Shown: positions 37,358 to 47,744 of the stretch, in pieces
Position numbering within the stretch: the stretch's first letter is position 1
Layout: each line of letters opens with the position of its first letter
Virus record (IMG/VR): IMGVR_UViG_3300032006_000007
Span: 1 to 56,472 of that record
DNA length: 56,472 nt
Direction: 5' to 3' (one strand)
Origin: a virus
Taxonomy: Duplodnaviria > Caudoviricetes
Notes under the pieces: generated by a model
The model's input: the letters and a program-made list of their open reading frames with translations, nothing else
Told to the model about the DNA's origin: nothing
Database searches by the model: none
Position numbers and translations under genes: made by a program

Positions 37358-39372
37358 TATGCACCACTTCCGTATACATCTTGTGATGCAACACCTGCTC
37401 TTCTAGAACCATAACTGGAACTTCCCCATGTTGCTCTACTCTTATCATATATATTGATCTGCCGTGTGATATTTAAGGTTTCTGTGTAAACATGAATATC
37501 ATGAATAAATAATGATGTAGTATCAGCGAGAGGTAAAATCTCTTCAGGTGATTCGTATTCTCTTATTTCTTTGATAGTAGATAACGCACCTTCCACATTA
37601 TGTAGTTTCTGAACAATTTGTTTATCATACTCAAAGTAATCAAAGTAATATTCTCCTACATTCAAAACGGTTTCAAATTTAGGATATTTCCATTGAATAG
37701 ATTTGACTACGAATGTCTGAGCAGATAGACTCATATTAGCATTAGTAATAAATATAAGGTCATTCTCGTTTAAGTAATTATCTAGTTCACCTATTTCAAC
37801 CTTGATTTTCCTATTAACATCTTTATATCTATTAAGATATGATTGAACAAATCTTACACCATCATCTCTGTTTGTAATCCAAGGTAAGTTTAATCTCTTG
37901 GCATGAACCCCATATGTATCTTGACTTGACTGTCTAGTACCTCTGATAAATAATGGTTTCTCATAATCATAAGTTGCAACAATAGCACCACTAACTGCAC
38001 TAGTAAATGTTATATTTTTACCTACACTATCTAAGGAGTAATCGACTTCAGGTGTTAATTCAGTTCCATCATCTGTTACTCTTACAGATATAGCACCATG
38101 TGCTAATGTCATGGATGTTGCGTTACTAAGATTTTGTGTTTCCGATGTAGAATAAACAGTTCTTACACCTAAAACTGTAAGGTCATTTACTATTTCTGTA
38201 TCATCATACCCATTTTCTAATATTCTAGAATTAACTCCATGTTGTAAATGAACTAAAGTTACATTATGTTCTGCTGGTTCAAATACAAATAAACCTGTTG
38301 GTGTTGTATAGAAAACTTTATTTGTTAATGCACCAAGATTTCTTATTATATCAATAAGTTTTCCATCTGCTGTATATTTCACAATATTTATACCTGAATC
38401 TGCTCCTCTTCCAGTGTAAGTAAAAGTTGTGTTATTTGTTATCAAATTATTCACAATAAACTCAGGTGATTTATTATCAAATACAGTTCCTCTAATCTCA
38501 CTCTCTCCTAATATTTTTCCAAAACTTTGAGCAATAACTTCTGAGTGTGTTGTTTTATCTTCTATCTTTGTTACATACCCACCAAATTTCATTACGGTTC
38601 TAGGATTTCTTTTTGTGTATATTTTATTAGCTTCTGTATCTAATATTTGTGATTTGTATAATCTTATCCTAGAAATAATACCTGCAAAATAATCACTATC
38701 TACAGAGTCTGTTCCAATATCTAATGTGTTTGTATCTGTTAAATTCGTAGAACTGGAAACTGTTCCTTTAGAAACACCATCAACAAACAATGTTATTAAG
38801 TTACTAGAATTTCTTGTTACACGTATTAAATGATAATTACCATCATTGAACCCTGCTGAAGAACTTGTGACAATTGAAGAACCAACCCTAAATGAAACAT
38901 CACCTGCTGTTGTTGTATTAACTTCTAATTGCCAACCGTTGTTTGCAGCACTTCTTTTTGAAAGAATAGGCATACTTGTTGTTGTTGCTGTCCAATTTAC
39001 CCAAACAAGAATATCAAACTGACCAGAAAAATCCAAACTATTTGAATCAGGTACAACTATTTTACTATTAGTTCCATTGAACTGTGCTGCGAAATCATCC
39101 CAAGCACCATCTACATATGTGATATTTGTTGCTGTTCCATGATTATCATTATTACTTTCATCTTTTTCTGTTGCTTGTAAATTATATACAGCAGATAAGT
39201 TTTCTAAGTTAACATAATCTTGCATCCAAATAACTTCATTGTTAGATGCAACTGATACATTTCTCGCAACTTTAAACTGCATTTGATCAATAGCCCTATC
39301 ACCCTCTTTTTTTAAATCTGCTTCAAGTGGTGTAGCAACTACATTATTAACTATTAATTTTACTAGTGTCAA
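37357..39372 (-). CDS. tail tip/baseplate hub protein with inserted LamG domain
   Basis: FNGTNSKI..YHLIRVTR LamG motif; IVNDLTVLG..SQDTYG hub-like region; gene position. Confidence 0.65.
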   Translation of the reverse strand: MTLVKLIVNNVVATPLEADLKKEGDRAIDQMQFKVARNVSVASNNEVIWMQDYVNLENLSAVYNLQATEKDESNNDNHGTATNITYVDGAWDDFAAQFNGTNSKIVVPDSNSLDFSGQFDILVWVNWTATTTSMPILSKRSAANNGWQLEVNTTTAGDVSFRVGSSIVTSSSAGFNDGNYHLIRVTRNSSNLITLFVDGVSKGTVSSSTNLTDTNTLDIGTDSVDSDYFAGIISRIRLYKSQILDTEANKIYTKRNPRTVMKFGGYVTKIEDKTTHSEVIAQSFGKILGESEIRGTVFDNKSPEFIVNNLITNNTTFTYTGRGADSGINIVKYTADGKLIDIIRNLGALTNKVFYTTPTGLFVFEPAEHNVTLVHLQHGVNSRILENGYDDTEIVNDLTVLGVRTVYSTSETQNLSNATSMTLAHGAISVRVTDDGTELTPEVDYSLDSVGKNITFTSAVSGAIVATYDYEKPLFIRGTRQSSQDTYGVHAKRLNLPWITNRDDGVRFVQSYLNRYKDVNRKIKVEIGELDNYLNENDLIFITNANMSLSAQTFVVKSIQWKYPKFETVLNVGEYYFDYFEYDKQIVQKLHNVEGALSTIKEIREYESPEEILPLADTTSLFIHDIHVYTETLNITRQINIYDKSRATWGSSSYGSRRAGVASQDVYGSGA

Positions 39373-39887
39373 TCAACCGTCACATCCTCACCAACAGTGA
39401 ATTCTATTGTCGCATTCCATGTTGCCGGATCTTGTGCTCCTTTACTAAATCCAAGTCTAGATATAATACCAAACCTTCTAAATAGATTTTTAGATCCAGC
39501 ATCATCATATATTCTAAACTCATATTTTTCATTTGTTGTAATACCTATTTTTTCATATTCTTCTTGTAGAAATACAACTGCACCTTCAGGTGTTTTTGGA
39601 TCCCATGTCGTATTATCAGAAGTTCTTGTGAATGAATCCAAATAAGAACCATTTGCTTGTATTACGGGTGAATATTGTTCATTTTTAATAATCCAAGTAA
39701 AAGTTATTCTCTCTGTATTACCTTCAGCTTTTGTAAGTATAGCACTATCTGAAGAAAATTCAGGCAACCCAAAAGTTTGAACTGGTATTTCTATACTCTG
39801 ATCATACTGATTAATGTTTCTCGCTTCAAATTTATATAGCTCATTACCAGAAGATGTTGGGTTATATTTAATTAAGAATATTTTCAC
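39369..39887 (-). CDS. putative distal tail protein
   Basis: Directly after the tape measure gene; beta-rich. Confidence 0.5.
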   Translation of the reverse strand: MKIFLIKYNPTSSGNELYKFEARNINQYDQSIEIPVQTFGLPEFSSDSAILTKAEGNTERITFTWIIKNEQYSPVIQANGSYLDSFTRTSDNTTWDPKTPEGAVVFLQEEYEKIGITTNEKYEFRIYDDAGSKNLFRRFGIISRLGFSKGAQDPATWNATIEFTVGEDVTVD

Positions 39888-41926
39888 TATACAACACCTC
39901 TCCTACTATTAGCTTCTAATATCCAACGCTGTATTAAAGGTTTTAACTTATCAAAGTCTGCTTCTCTTGTCACATTACCTACATTAATATTCAATATGTA
40001 GTTTGTACCACCTTTTCCCGGTGTAACAGTTTCTTGTCCTCTTTCACCAAATGTATATGTCTGACCACTTCTACCTATACCAAATATTGGTTCAGTAATT
40101 AATCCTCCATTAGCATAGCCTACTGAACCTGCTGGTTTACCATTAACAATATTTGTCAAATCACCCATCTGTGGTTTCGTACCACCATGCATATTATATA
40201 ATGTCATCGCTGCACTATATGCAGCAGCGTGTTTTCTTGCTTCTTTATCATTAACGCCTTTTACACCTCCAACTGTTGTATCTTTCTTCCATTTATCTAA
40301 TAATCTCTGACCTTCAACACCAACTTGACTTCCTCCTCTAACTAATGCTTGAAATAACCCTGCTGTTTCTTGTTCATTTTTACCTTCGAACCTACCAGCA
40401 AGTGAAGCTTCTTGTAATTTATTCCAAACTGTCTGTGTGTTTGTTGTGTCTGCTCTTTTTTCTAAATTTTCTATTACGGCTGTTGCTCTTACTTTATCAG
40501 GTGATGCTGGTTTTGAACTAGTGTTAATATCAAAGTTAGTACCTGTAGCAGTAGAGAATATACCAGTCTTCCACATATTAATTGCATCATTTGCTGTTCC
40601 AACTGTTTTTGAATGTATACCTTTACCTGCATTAAGATTAGATGTTTTAAATGCCTCCCACCTACTAGATAATCTTGCACCAGATTTTTCCATTTCATCT
40701 TTTATGAAGAATATAGAATTTTTAATATCTACACCTGCTAATACAGCTCTACCCATTATCTCTTGTAGTTCATCCCATTCAGATTCTATTAATTGACCGT
40801 CTATTAAAGCTCTTGCCATGAAAGTTTCTACTTCTTCCATATGACCTGCTGAAGCTTCTGCATTGGTTTCTACTTCTGCAAAATACTCTTCAACAGTTGC
40901 TGCTGGTGCACCCGGCATTGATGAAGCACCCGGTGTAGTACCCCACATTTGACCACCTTGTTTTTCTTTTCCACCTGTCCATACATCTGCTATCAATCCT
41001 TTCATGTGTGTCCATCCGTGTTTTGATATGGCTTTATCAAATTGATTACTTGGATCCATACCTGCTTCTTTTAATTGATCTAATTGCCAATGAGCCATCC
41101 CATCATAATCTCTTGCTCTATTAACTGTTTCATCAGATAAGAAGTTTCTAAAAAATTCATTATCAGCCATAGCAGAAACAATTGCAGCGTGTATAGTTTC
41201 TGCTGGTTTTAATAAGAACCCTAATGCTTGTTTACCGTATTGTTCTCCTAATCCCATAGCGTGTTTGGAATTCTTATAAAATGGTATAGCAATATTTTTC
41301 ATAAAGAATAACATAATAGGTCTTAAGAATGAACCAATAAAGTCACCAATAGGTCTAAAGATTAACATGATAGATGTGTTAAACAAACTCATCATTGTCT
41401 TTAATATAGGTGATGAATCAAATAATTTCTTTCCTAGCATACCAACAATACTTCCACCAACTGCAAACTTCATTGCATCTTTCATGGCATTACCAGTCTG
41501 TTCACCTTTATCTTTTCCTTTCATTTTTAGAGGTGATAATGTCTTTGCAAAACCTTTAAGCATTCCTTTGAATCCTTTTTTGGTTTCCTCTTTAGCATCT
41601 TTAGCATCTTTACCTCCAGTATTTTTTTCTCCACTTGAATCCTTTTTATTCTTCTTTTTTGTTTCTTTTTCTACTACACCTAAAGCATCTTTTACTTTTT
41701 TCATATCGTTTTGTAATTTCTTTAAATTACTATTCATTTCTGTTCTAGCAGCTACCTCCTTTCTTTTCCAAGGAGTCATGTTTCTTCTATCAAGACTGTA
41801 AAATTTCATATATTTATCTTGTAAATTTGCAATTTTATTAAGAGCATCTTTTGCATCTTTTTCAAATTTTGCTGATTTCTTTGTGTTGTCAGCTATATCT
41901 TTACCAGTATCTCTCTTTGATGCCAT
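39887..41926 (-). CDS. tape measure protein
   Basis: Helical, with a hydrophobic segment; C-terminal YANGGLI..FGERGQETVTP; follows the chaperone genes. Confidence 0.8.
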   Translation of the reverse strand: MASKRDTGKDIADNTKKSAKFEKDAKDALNKIANLQDKYMKFYSLDRRNMTPWKRKEVAARTEMNSNLKKLQNDMKKVKDALGVVEKETKKKNKKDSSGEKNTGGKDAKDAKEETKKGFKGMLKGFAKTLSPLKMKGKDKGEQTGNAMKDAMKFAVGGSIVGMLGKKLFDSSPILKTMMSLFNTSIMLIFRPIGDFIGSFLRPIMLFFMKNIAIPFYKNSKHAMGLGEQYGKQALGFLLKPAETIHAAIVSAMADNEFFRNFLSDETVNRARDYDGMAHWQLDQLKEAGMDPSNQFDKAISKHGWTHMKGLIADVWTGGKEKQGGQMWGTTPGASSMPGAPAATVEEYFAEVETNAEASAGHMEEVETFMARALIDGQLIESEWDELQEIMGRAVLAGVDIKNSIFFIKDEMEKSGARLSSRWEAFKTSNLNAGKGIHSKTVGTANDAINMWKTGIFSTATGTNFDINTSSKPASPDKVRATAVIENLEKRADTTNTQTVWNKLQEASLAGRFEGKNEQETAGLFQALVRGGSQVGVEGQRLLDKWKKDTTVGGVKGVNDKEARKHAAAYSAAMTLYNMHGGTKPQMGDLTNIVNGKPAGSVGYANGGLITEPIFGIGRSGQTYTFGERGQETVTPGKGGTNYILNINVGNVTREADFDKLKPLIQRWILEANSRRGVV

Positions 41927-41936
41927 ATATATTTGA

Positions 41937-42206
41937 TTAAGATTTGGTCTTATTTAAGTTTCTCTTATTCTTCTTTGGCTTCTTTACACGCTGATCTCCT
42001 AGAGGTTGATATGCTTTACCTTGTGCCTGCTTCATTCCTTTCTGATATTTCATTAATAATATCTTTAAGAATTTAAAAGGATGTGAATCCACTTGTTCTT
42101 TAGTCCACCCAAATTGAGTAGCACATATTAGATAAATATCGTATATTATTACTTCGAAGTCGGTGAGTCGTTGAAGGGCTCCATCATCTGACTCAAGTAT
42201 TCCCCT
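41937..42206 (-). CDS. -1 frame extension of tail assembly chaperone (gpGT-like)
   Basis: 89 open codons with no ATG until about codon 52; CATQFGWTKEQVDSHP; entered through C CCT TTA at 42212-42206. Confidence 0.8.
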   Translation of the reverse strand, partial: RGILESDDGALQRLTDFEVIIYDIYLICATQFGWTKEQVDSHPFKFLKILLMKYQKGMKQAQGKAYQPLGDQRVKKPKKNKRNLNKTKS

Positions 42207-42484
42207 AAAGGGTAGTATTCGAGAATCTTATTTCCTATCTCGGTAACGGTCTTGTAGCCAACACCGTCAATGCCTTCCTTTGTTATTTCAAAGGGTGCCT
42301 TCTTAATTGAGTTTAACATAATTTCCATTCTATATTGTTGAACGTTGTCTAGTAAATTTTCTTCATTTTGTATATTAGCAGATTTCTTAATTATTTTTTC
42401 AAACACACCAAAAGGCATATCATCTTCGAATTCAATAACTTCTGATACTCCTTTAATTTCTACAGTAATAGTCTGTATAGCCAT
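42149..42484 (-). CDS. tail assembly chaperone (gpG-like)
   Basis: Between tail tube and tape measure; slippery site near its 3' end. Confidence 0.8.
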   Translation of the reverse strand: MAIQTITVEIKGVSEVIEFEDDMPFGVFEKIIKKSANIQNEENLLDNVQQYRMEIMLNSIKKAPFEITKEGIDGVGYKTVTEIGNKILEYYPLGEYLSQMMEPFNDSPTSK

Positions 42485-42520
42485 AGAAAATATAGAATAA
42501 TTCGGTAATATAAAGGTTTC

Positions 42521-43510
42521 CTAAAGTGCTGCTGATATGCCGTTCTTACAGACTACACTTGCTCCTCTTGCTTCAAAGTTAATTGTTTCGAAGACTGGTT
42601 CTACTGGAACAATACCATCTACATTATGTGTATCTATTGTAACACCGTGTAAAGTAATTGTGATTGATTTCTCTGCTGCACCTGAACCACCATTTGTAAA
42701 TTTAAGTTCTAATGCTGCACTTGATCCAGAATGAATTTCTGAACTTGGTGGAGTATCAATTTGGTCTATTAATTGTTGTAATTTATTATTATCTTTCCAT
42801 GATGATTGGAATGTACCATTAATATCAAATCCTTGTCTGTATGCTGATGTTGCTTTATGTGAACCTATTGCATAAAGTAAGTTTGCATTTTGTGTAAATG
42901 TTGTTGAGATGTTTTGTATTTCTGCTACTGTTGCCAATGATGAACCGTTATACCATTTCAATGTACCATGTGCAAATGTGTATGGGAAATTAATATCATC
43001 TGCTGCTGGTGTAGAATCTAATGATGTTGTTGCATCTCCTTCAGAACCAAATGTTATATCAGCAGAACAGTTAACTAAGTCATCTACTGCTGTGTTAAGT
43101 GTGAAACCTGTCAAAATACAACCAAGCATTTTTCTTGATATGTTTTCTGTCTCACCTGCAAATCCTACCTCTGTACTGAATGAAGTTGCTGTTTTTGGTG
43201 CATCTTCGTATGTATGAGTGTATGGTGCTGATGAGCCTGTTGTTGCTGCGTTTCCATATAGTGCTTTGAACAACCAAGGGTTTGATAATACAAAGTCTAC
43301 TGCTACACTACCAGTCTGTTGTCCGTAAGCAAATGCTTCTCTTTCAACTTGATTTAATTTTCTGATATCTTTTCTAGAGTTATTTAATGTAATTGAGCCT
43401 ACTGATTGTTGTAATCCAAATGGTTTAGTATATGCACTTGAACCGGGATCTGTAGCGAATGTACTTTCCCAAGCGTATTGTATATAGCCATGTGCACCTG
43501 TTCTTACCAT
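42521..43510 (-). CDS. major tail tube protein
   Basis: ESTFAT..SFSTEVG..GCILTGFTL tube-like pattern; canonical position; no sheath gene. Confidence 0.8.
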   Translation of the reverse strand: MVRTGAHGYIQYAWESTFATDPGSSAYTKPFGLQQSVGSITLNNSRKDIRKLNQVEREAFAYGQQTGSVAVDFVLSNPWLFKALYGNAATTGSSAPYTHTYEDAPKTATSFSTEVGFAGETENISRKMLGCILTGFTLNTAVDDLVNCSADITFGSEGDATTSLDSTPAADDINFPYTFAHGTLKWYNGSSLATVAEIQNISTTFTQNANLLYAIGSHKATSAYRQGFDINGTFQSSWKDNNKLQQLIDQIDTPPSSEIHSGSSAALELKFTNGGSGAAEKSITITLHGVTIDTHNVDGIVPVEPVFETINFEARGASVVCKNGISAAL

Positions 43511-43548
43511 GATAATATCATTCCTCTCTATAAGTATTTAAATATTGC

Positions 43549-43977
43549 CTATGGATCAATTTTCCTATAACTGACTGTTAGAATGTGCCTATACATATTT
43601 CTGTATAAATGACTGAGGGATTCACTTCCCATAAGTCTTAAATCAACAAAATCAGACCGTCTTATTTGGTCTTTCACTATTCTCTGTAACTCATTAATAA
43701 TATCTTCATGATTTTCTATATTAAGATAACTTCTCACATCTAATTCCACTATTACTTCGTGAAGATGATTAGTACCATATAAATTAAAATATTCTATATC
43801 TTCTGTTTCTGGCTTCAAAAGAATTACTGGATTTCTTGAATCTCCATAACCTACTGTTTTTTCTTCCCAAACCTTTACAACTCTTGGTGGATATCCGGCA
43901 TCAGTTGAGCCTGTATTCCATTTTTCTTCTATGACTGATTTTAAGTCATTCAATGCAATGTATAGAGCACTACCCAT
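43549..43977 (-). CDS. putative tail terminator
   Basis: Size and position before the tail tube gene. Confidence 0.55.
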   Translation of the reverse strand: MGSALYIALNDLKSVIEEKWNTGSTDAGYPPRVVKVWEEKTVGYGDSRNPVILLKPETEDIEYFNLYGTNHLHEVIVELDVRSYLNIENHEDIINELQRIVKDQIRRSDFVDLRLMGSESLSHLYRNMYRHILTVSYRKIDP

Positions 43978-44011
43978 GTTTTATATAGATATATCGTGTA
44001 TTTAAATTAAC

Positions 44012-44626
44012 TTATTCTAACCTTTTCTTTTTTACTAATCTATCAGGTATTACCTTATCTGTATACTTATTTTTCCATACATTGTCTTTATTTGGATCTT
44101 TTTCCCATTCAGTTTTAAACCCATTATGAAACCAATCATCTTGTATAGCATATGCAATATCACTAATTAATCTGTCATGTGTTATTCCAGATTCTTCAGA
44201 ACCTTCACCATAATTAAGAAAATCTTGTGATATGCTTTTGTTTTTAAGCCTTCTTGCTAGCCAAGAACCTTCTTTAATCTCTTTATAATAACCCTTAGCT
44301 CTAACAAAATTCTTTATTGCATTAATATTAACTATTATTTTACGGTTGTCACTTTTTGGCACACCATATTTTTCGATTTGAAGTGTTTCTTGGACAGATT
44401 GATCTGCTTTCCATTCACCATCTTCATAGTATATTCTTTTATCTTTCAAATATTCTTTATCAATACCATAGTCTTCTACCATTTGTTCTGTTAAAAAATC
44501 TTCAACATCAGTAATATCTTCTGCAACTACCAACCCTGTAACAATTTCAAAATTTAGATTTGGATCTTTCTCTCTTAATTTCCTTGTTATCCATCCTTTT
44601 ATTGCACCGGATACTGTACCTGCCAT
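44012..44626 (-). CDS. putative neck/tail-completion protein
   Basis: Position; IEKYG..VNINAIKNFV..IAYAI. Confidence 0.5.
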   Translation of the reverse strand: MAGTVSGAIKGWITRKLREKDPNLNFEIVTGLVVAEDITDVEDFLTEQMVEDYGIDKEYLKDKRIYYEDGEWKADQSVQETLQIEKYGVPKSDNRKIIVNINAIKNFVRAKGYYKEIKEGSWLARRLKNKSISQDFLNYGEGSEESGITHDRLISDIAYAIQDDWFHNGFKTEWEKDPNKDNVWKNKYTDKVIPDRLVKKKRLE

Positions 44627-45265
44627 CTAAGGTATCACAAATACTTCTCTACGATTCTCAATACACTTCTCAATGTCAGATCTCCAATCTTTTTTGATTG
44701 ATTCAAGATCAACACCTGAACCACCTATTGGTAATCTGTCCATTCTTAAACTTCCATTGAGAACATCTATGGCTGCCATTTTAACAACACAGTCTTCAAC
44801 GTCATATGGTATTGTTGTGTCGCCTGCATAATTCTCTCCACCATATCTATAAGTAACTCTAACTCTGTTTTTTCTTAATATAGAAAATATGAAACCTCTG
44901 AGATGTATTGTTCCTCTTTCATAGTTTGCATCATACCATTGTTCATTTGTTACAATATTTTCCCAAGTTGCACTAGCACCTTGCCAAATTTCTATTTTAT
45001 CTCCTTGTGATGTGTCAAGTTCATAGATGTTTCTATGTTGTAGAAATATTGGGGTACCCCAACCAAAAGTATAAAGTAATGGTAAGTCATGTAATTCTTT
45101 TGTCTTTGTTTTTGATCTCCAAGCATGACCTGTTCTTCTGTCAAACTCATCTTCTTTTCTGTTTATGATTTTTTCAATTTGAGCCTTATTAGGAATAGTA
45201 GTAGCAGTAATGGGGATTCTGAGCAAATCTGCAACATCTTCAACTGAACAGTAGGTCGTAGCCAT
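44627..45265 (-). CDS. head-tail adaptor protein
   Basis: YCSVEDV..FDRRTG..VRVTYRYG..IPYDV. Confidence 0.75.
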   Translation of the reverse strand: MATTYCSVEDVADLLRIPITATTIPNKAQIEKIINRKEDEFDRRTGHAWRSKTKTKELHDLPLLYTFGWGTPIFLQHRNIYELDTSQGDKIEIWQGASATWENIVTNEQWYDANYERGTIHLRGFIFSILRKNRVRVTYRYGGENYAGDTTIPYDVEDCVVKMAAIDVLNGSLRMDRLPIGGSGVDLESIKKDWRSDIEKCIENRREVFVIP

Positions 45266-45295
45266 GATAGTGTTGAGGTGATATCGTATTTAAAT

Positions 45296-45565
45296 TTACT
45301 TAAAGACGATGAGATATTCAGCATCTCCGGTTATATCACACCTAATACCATTCTCAAATCTTCTATGGATTCTTCCATTATCTTGTATATCTTCGCCAAA
45401 AACTGTAAACTCTATAGGATCTGAATTACTAGTACCATTTCTTAATTGAATTTTTGAACCAGATGAACCTTTCTTTGTGACTTTTACAGCAACTACAACT
45501 CCATGTCCACCTTTTATAGTGGCATCAGCGTTGACATTTGCTACATTGTGGTTTAGTTCTACCAT
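45296..45565 (-). CDS. small virion structural protein
   Basis: 89-aa beta protein, RRFENGI; own TATA. Confidence 0.6.
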   Translation of the reverse strand: MVELNHNVANVNADATIKGGHGVVVAVKVTKKGSSGSKIQLRNGTSNSDPIEFTVFGEDIQDNGRIHRRFENGIRCDITGDAEYLIVFK

Positions 45566-45602
45566 ACAGGTTTATTCATGTGTTCATATATAAACTTTAT
45601 TG

Positions 45603-45638
45603 AGAAAAAAAAGTTGGCTATTTTGGACTCTAGTAGCC
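45603..45638 (-). terminator. hairpin plus T-tract terminator
   Basis: Minus strand GGCTA..TAGCC followed by T8. Confidence 0.5.
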
Positions 45639-45986
45639 TATGACTAGAAATTCGAATACTTTGTTTGCAATTGAGGTGCTGTTTGCTACTTCTGCAAATA
45701 CTGCGCCTGCTGAGCCACCTACGGAATAGAGTTTGATTTTCTCATTTGTCTTGTCATATTCTACTTTGTATAGTGAATCGGTGAATTCCGGAATCACTGC
45801 AACTAGTGTAGAAATCCTTCCCTCTTTAAGGTCGGCTGACACTCCGTTGGTTGCATATGCATCAGAGCCACCTGCTGTGACTTTGACTTTATATACTCGC
45901 AATTTTGAGGTTAATGCTGCTTGCCATGAAAGTGTCTTTCTGACGTTAGCATTAGTCCAATCTGCTGTACTGACTGTTACTGCCAT
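45630..45986 (-). CDS. putative head decoration protein
   Basis: SDAYATNG..YDKTNEKIKLY..EVAN..VIGY; downstream of the capsid gene. Confidence 0.6.
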   Translation of the reverse strand: MAVTVSTADWTNANVRKTLSWQAALTSKLRVYKVKVTAGGSDAYATNGVSADLKEGRISTLVAVIPEFTDSLYKVEYDKTNEKIKLYSVGGSAGAVFAEVANSTSIANKVFEFLVIGY

Positions 45987-45998
45987 TGATTATTGAGA

Positions 45999-46154
45999 TT
46001 ACTTATCTTTTATAAAGTTTCGCTCATAAGTGTCTATTAGATTCTGAATAAGTTTCCTTCTGTAGAGATTTTGAGGTGATATTTCAGGTATTCTTTTAAT
46101 GATAACTACCCAATCATCATAATGTTGTTTCCAAGTTTTCTCATCTTCATACAT
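45999..46154 (-). CDS. 51-aa hypothetical protein (not in ORF track)
   Basis: MYEDEKTWKQHYDDWVVIIKRI...; TAATG overlap, GAGGGTG upstream. Confidence 0.55.
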   Translation of the reverse strand: MYEDEKTWKQHYDDWVVIIKRIPEISPQNLYRRKLIQNLIDTYERNFIKDK

Positions 46155-46333
46155 TATGGGCACACCCTCGTTTGAGCTGTATTAGGATTTATACAATCAG
46201 GTCTATCAAAAGGAGCGTTTGTACTTGGCGTTGGATCATGAAACGCTAAACCAAACATCATTATAGAGAAAAATAAAACTATAGGAACTATAAAAATCCA
46301 TTTAGAAAAAATAGGAGTATCTCTATATGACAT
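46154..46333 (-). CDS. 59-aa membrane protein (not in ORF track)
   Basis: MSYRDTPIFSKWIFIVPIVLFFSIMMFGLAFH...C..C; TTAAATA upstream. Confidence 0.6.
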   Translation of the reverse strand: MSYRDTPIFSKWIFIVPIVLFFSIMMFGLAFHDPTPSTNAPFDRPDCINPNTAQTRVCP

Positions 46334-46496
46334 AGAGTTATTGAAATATTGACCTATTTAAGGGTTAAATCTTTTGATAGATGACCTTTAGGATAAGCTT
46401 TTCTTTCCTTTTCTGTTAATGGTACGTTCATTATAGGTTGTAATACTTACTAAGCTATAAGCATTTCCCCCCTTAGCATACGCTAGGTAGTTGTTT

Positions 46497-46511
46497 AAAA
46501 AAAAAGAAAAA
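46497..46511 (-). terminator. archaeal oligo-T terminator after capsid gene
   Basis: TTTTTCTTTTTTTTT on the minus strand. Confidence 0.65.
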
Positions 46512-46522
46512 GGTATTTTATT

Positions 46523-47743
46523 CTAGAGTTTGATATCTCTAATCTTTCCTTGTGACTTGAAGTGACGACATACAGTTTCGCCCATAGTTCTGAAGACACC
46601 TTTCTCAACAAATGCATTGTTTACGAATGGATAGCCCGGTGAACGTCTGGTTGCTTCATAGTATTCAGTTGGGATAGCAATTTGAATTCCAATTCTTGGA
46701 TATCCGTAACCTTCTGCATCAGAAGTATCTAATGCAAATAGTCTACCGATTTCTGCTGAGTCGGATGAGTTGCTTGGTGCATCCTTTGATGGGATGAATG
46801 GGATTCCATAGATTGAATCTACGTGAATACCTACACCTGTTCCTTTAAATGTTTGAATTCCGTTTACGTCAACTTGGACTAATGCTTCACCGTATGGGTT
46901 TGGAATACGGACTGAAGGCATATACAAGCCTTGTATTTCGGAGTAAACTTCGTGGGAACCTAGGAATACGTTTGGATCTTTACCTGCTGCAATACGGATC
47001 TTTCTTAAGAAAGTACGTAGTGTATCGTCGGTAAGGACTCCGTTAGTACCAATGGTACCTGAAGCTGATTCTACTGTTGAGTCGAAGTCAGTTCCACTAT
47101 CTCTGTCAATGGTTGCGTTTGCTGCCCATGGATCATAGTAACCTGCGTGTGAACCACCTAGTGCATCTTCTTCAGCATCGCTGGAGATGATTCTATCTAA
47201 GGATTCGAAGTTTTTATGACCAGAGTTTGCGCCAGAAGCACCTGCTGCTTCTGATTCTACGTCAGCCAATAACATTCTGTTTAGGAATTCTTTGTGTTGT
47301 ACAGCCATGTACAATCTGAGAGAACCAAGTCCTCCCCAAATGTCATCTTTAGAGTGTGTAGCCAACCATTCCATAACTTCAGATGCACTGAAAGGCAACT
47401 GAGCTGTTTTTGGACGTACATCAATTTCTTGAAGTGTTGGTTTTACGGTCTCTGCGATGTTGCCACCTTCTGCTGTACCACCTAAAGCAGTGTTGCCTTG
47501 GTTAGTATTTAAGGTAGGCTTTGCTGTAATTACACGCCATCCAGATTTATCCCATGGATATTTTGGTAGTATACCAAATGCATTTGCTTCAAGGTTTAAT
47601 TGAGCCCATGCGTATGCTCCGAAGATTGCGTTGAATGTACCAGTTGTTGATGTTGTAACTGGAGCATCTGCTTTTCTTAGGAGGTTTCTGTTGTATCCAT
47701 AGTAGAGAGCTTCGAGTTCGTCAATAGTTTTAATTTGAACCAT
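46523..47743 (-). CDS. major capsid protein (HK97 fold inferred)
   Basis: NAIFGAYAWAQLNLEANAFGILPKYPW..GWRVIT and QGKIRDIK, like halovirus-type capsid proteins; follows the protease gene. Confidence 0.9.
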   Translation of the reverse strand: MVQIKTIDELEALYYGYNRNLLRKADAPVTTSTTGTFNAIFGAYAWAQLNLEANAFGILPKYPWDKSGWRVITAKPTLNTNQGNTALGGTAEGGNIAETVKPTLQEIDVRPKTAQLPFSASEVMEWLATHSKDDIWGGLGSLRLYMAVQHKEFLNRMLLADVESEAAGASGANSGHKNFESLDRIISSDAEEDALGGSHAGYYDPWAANATIDRDSGTDFDSTVESASGTIGTNGVLTDDTLRTFLRKIRIAAGKDPNVFLGSHEVYSEIQGLYMPSVRIPNPYGEALVQVDVNGIQTFKGTGVGIHVDSIYGIPFIPSKDAPSNSSDSAEIGRLFALDTSDAEGYGYPRIGIQIAIPTEYYEATRRSPGYPFVNNAFVEKGVFRTMGETVCRHFKSQGKIRDIKL

Positions 47744-47744
47744 T

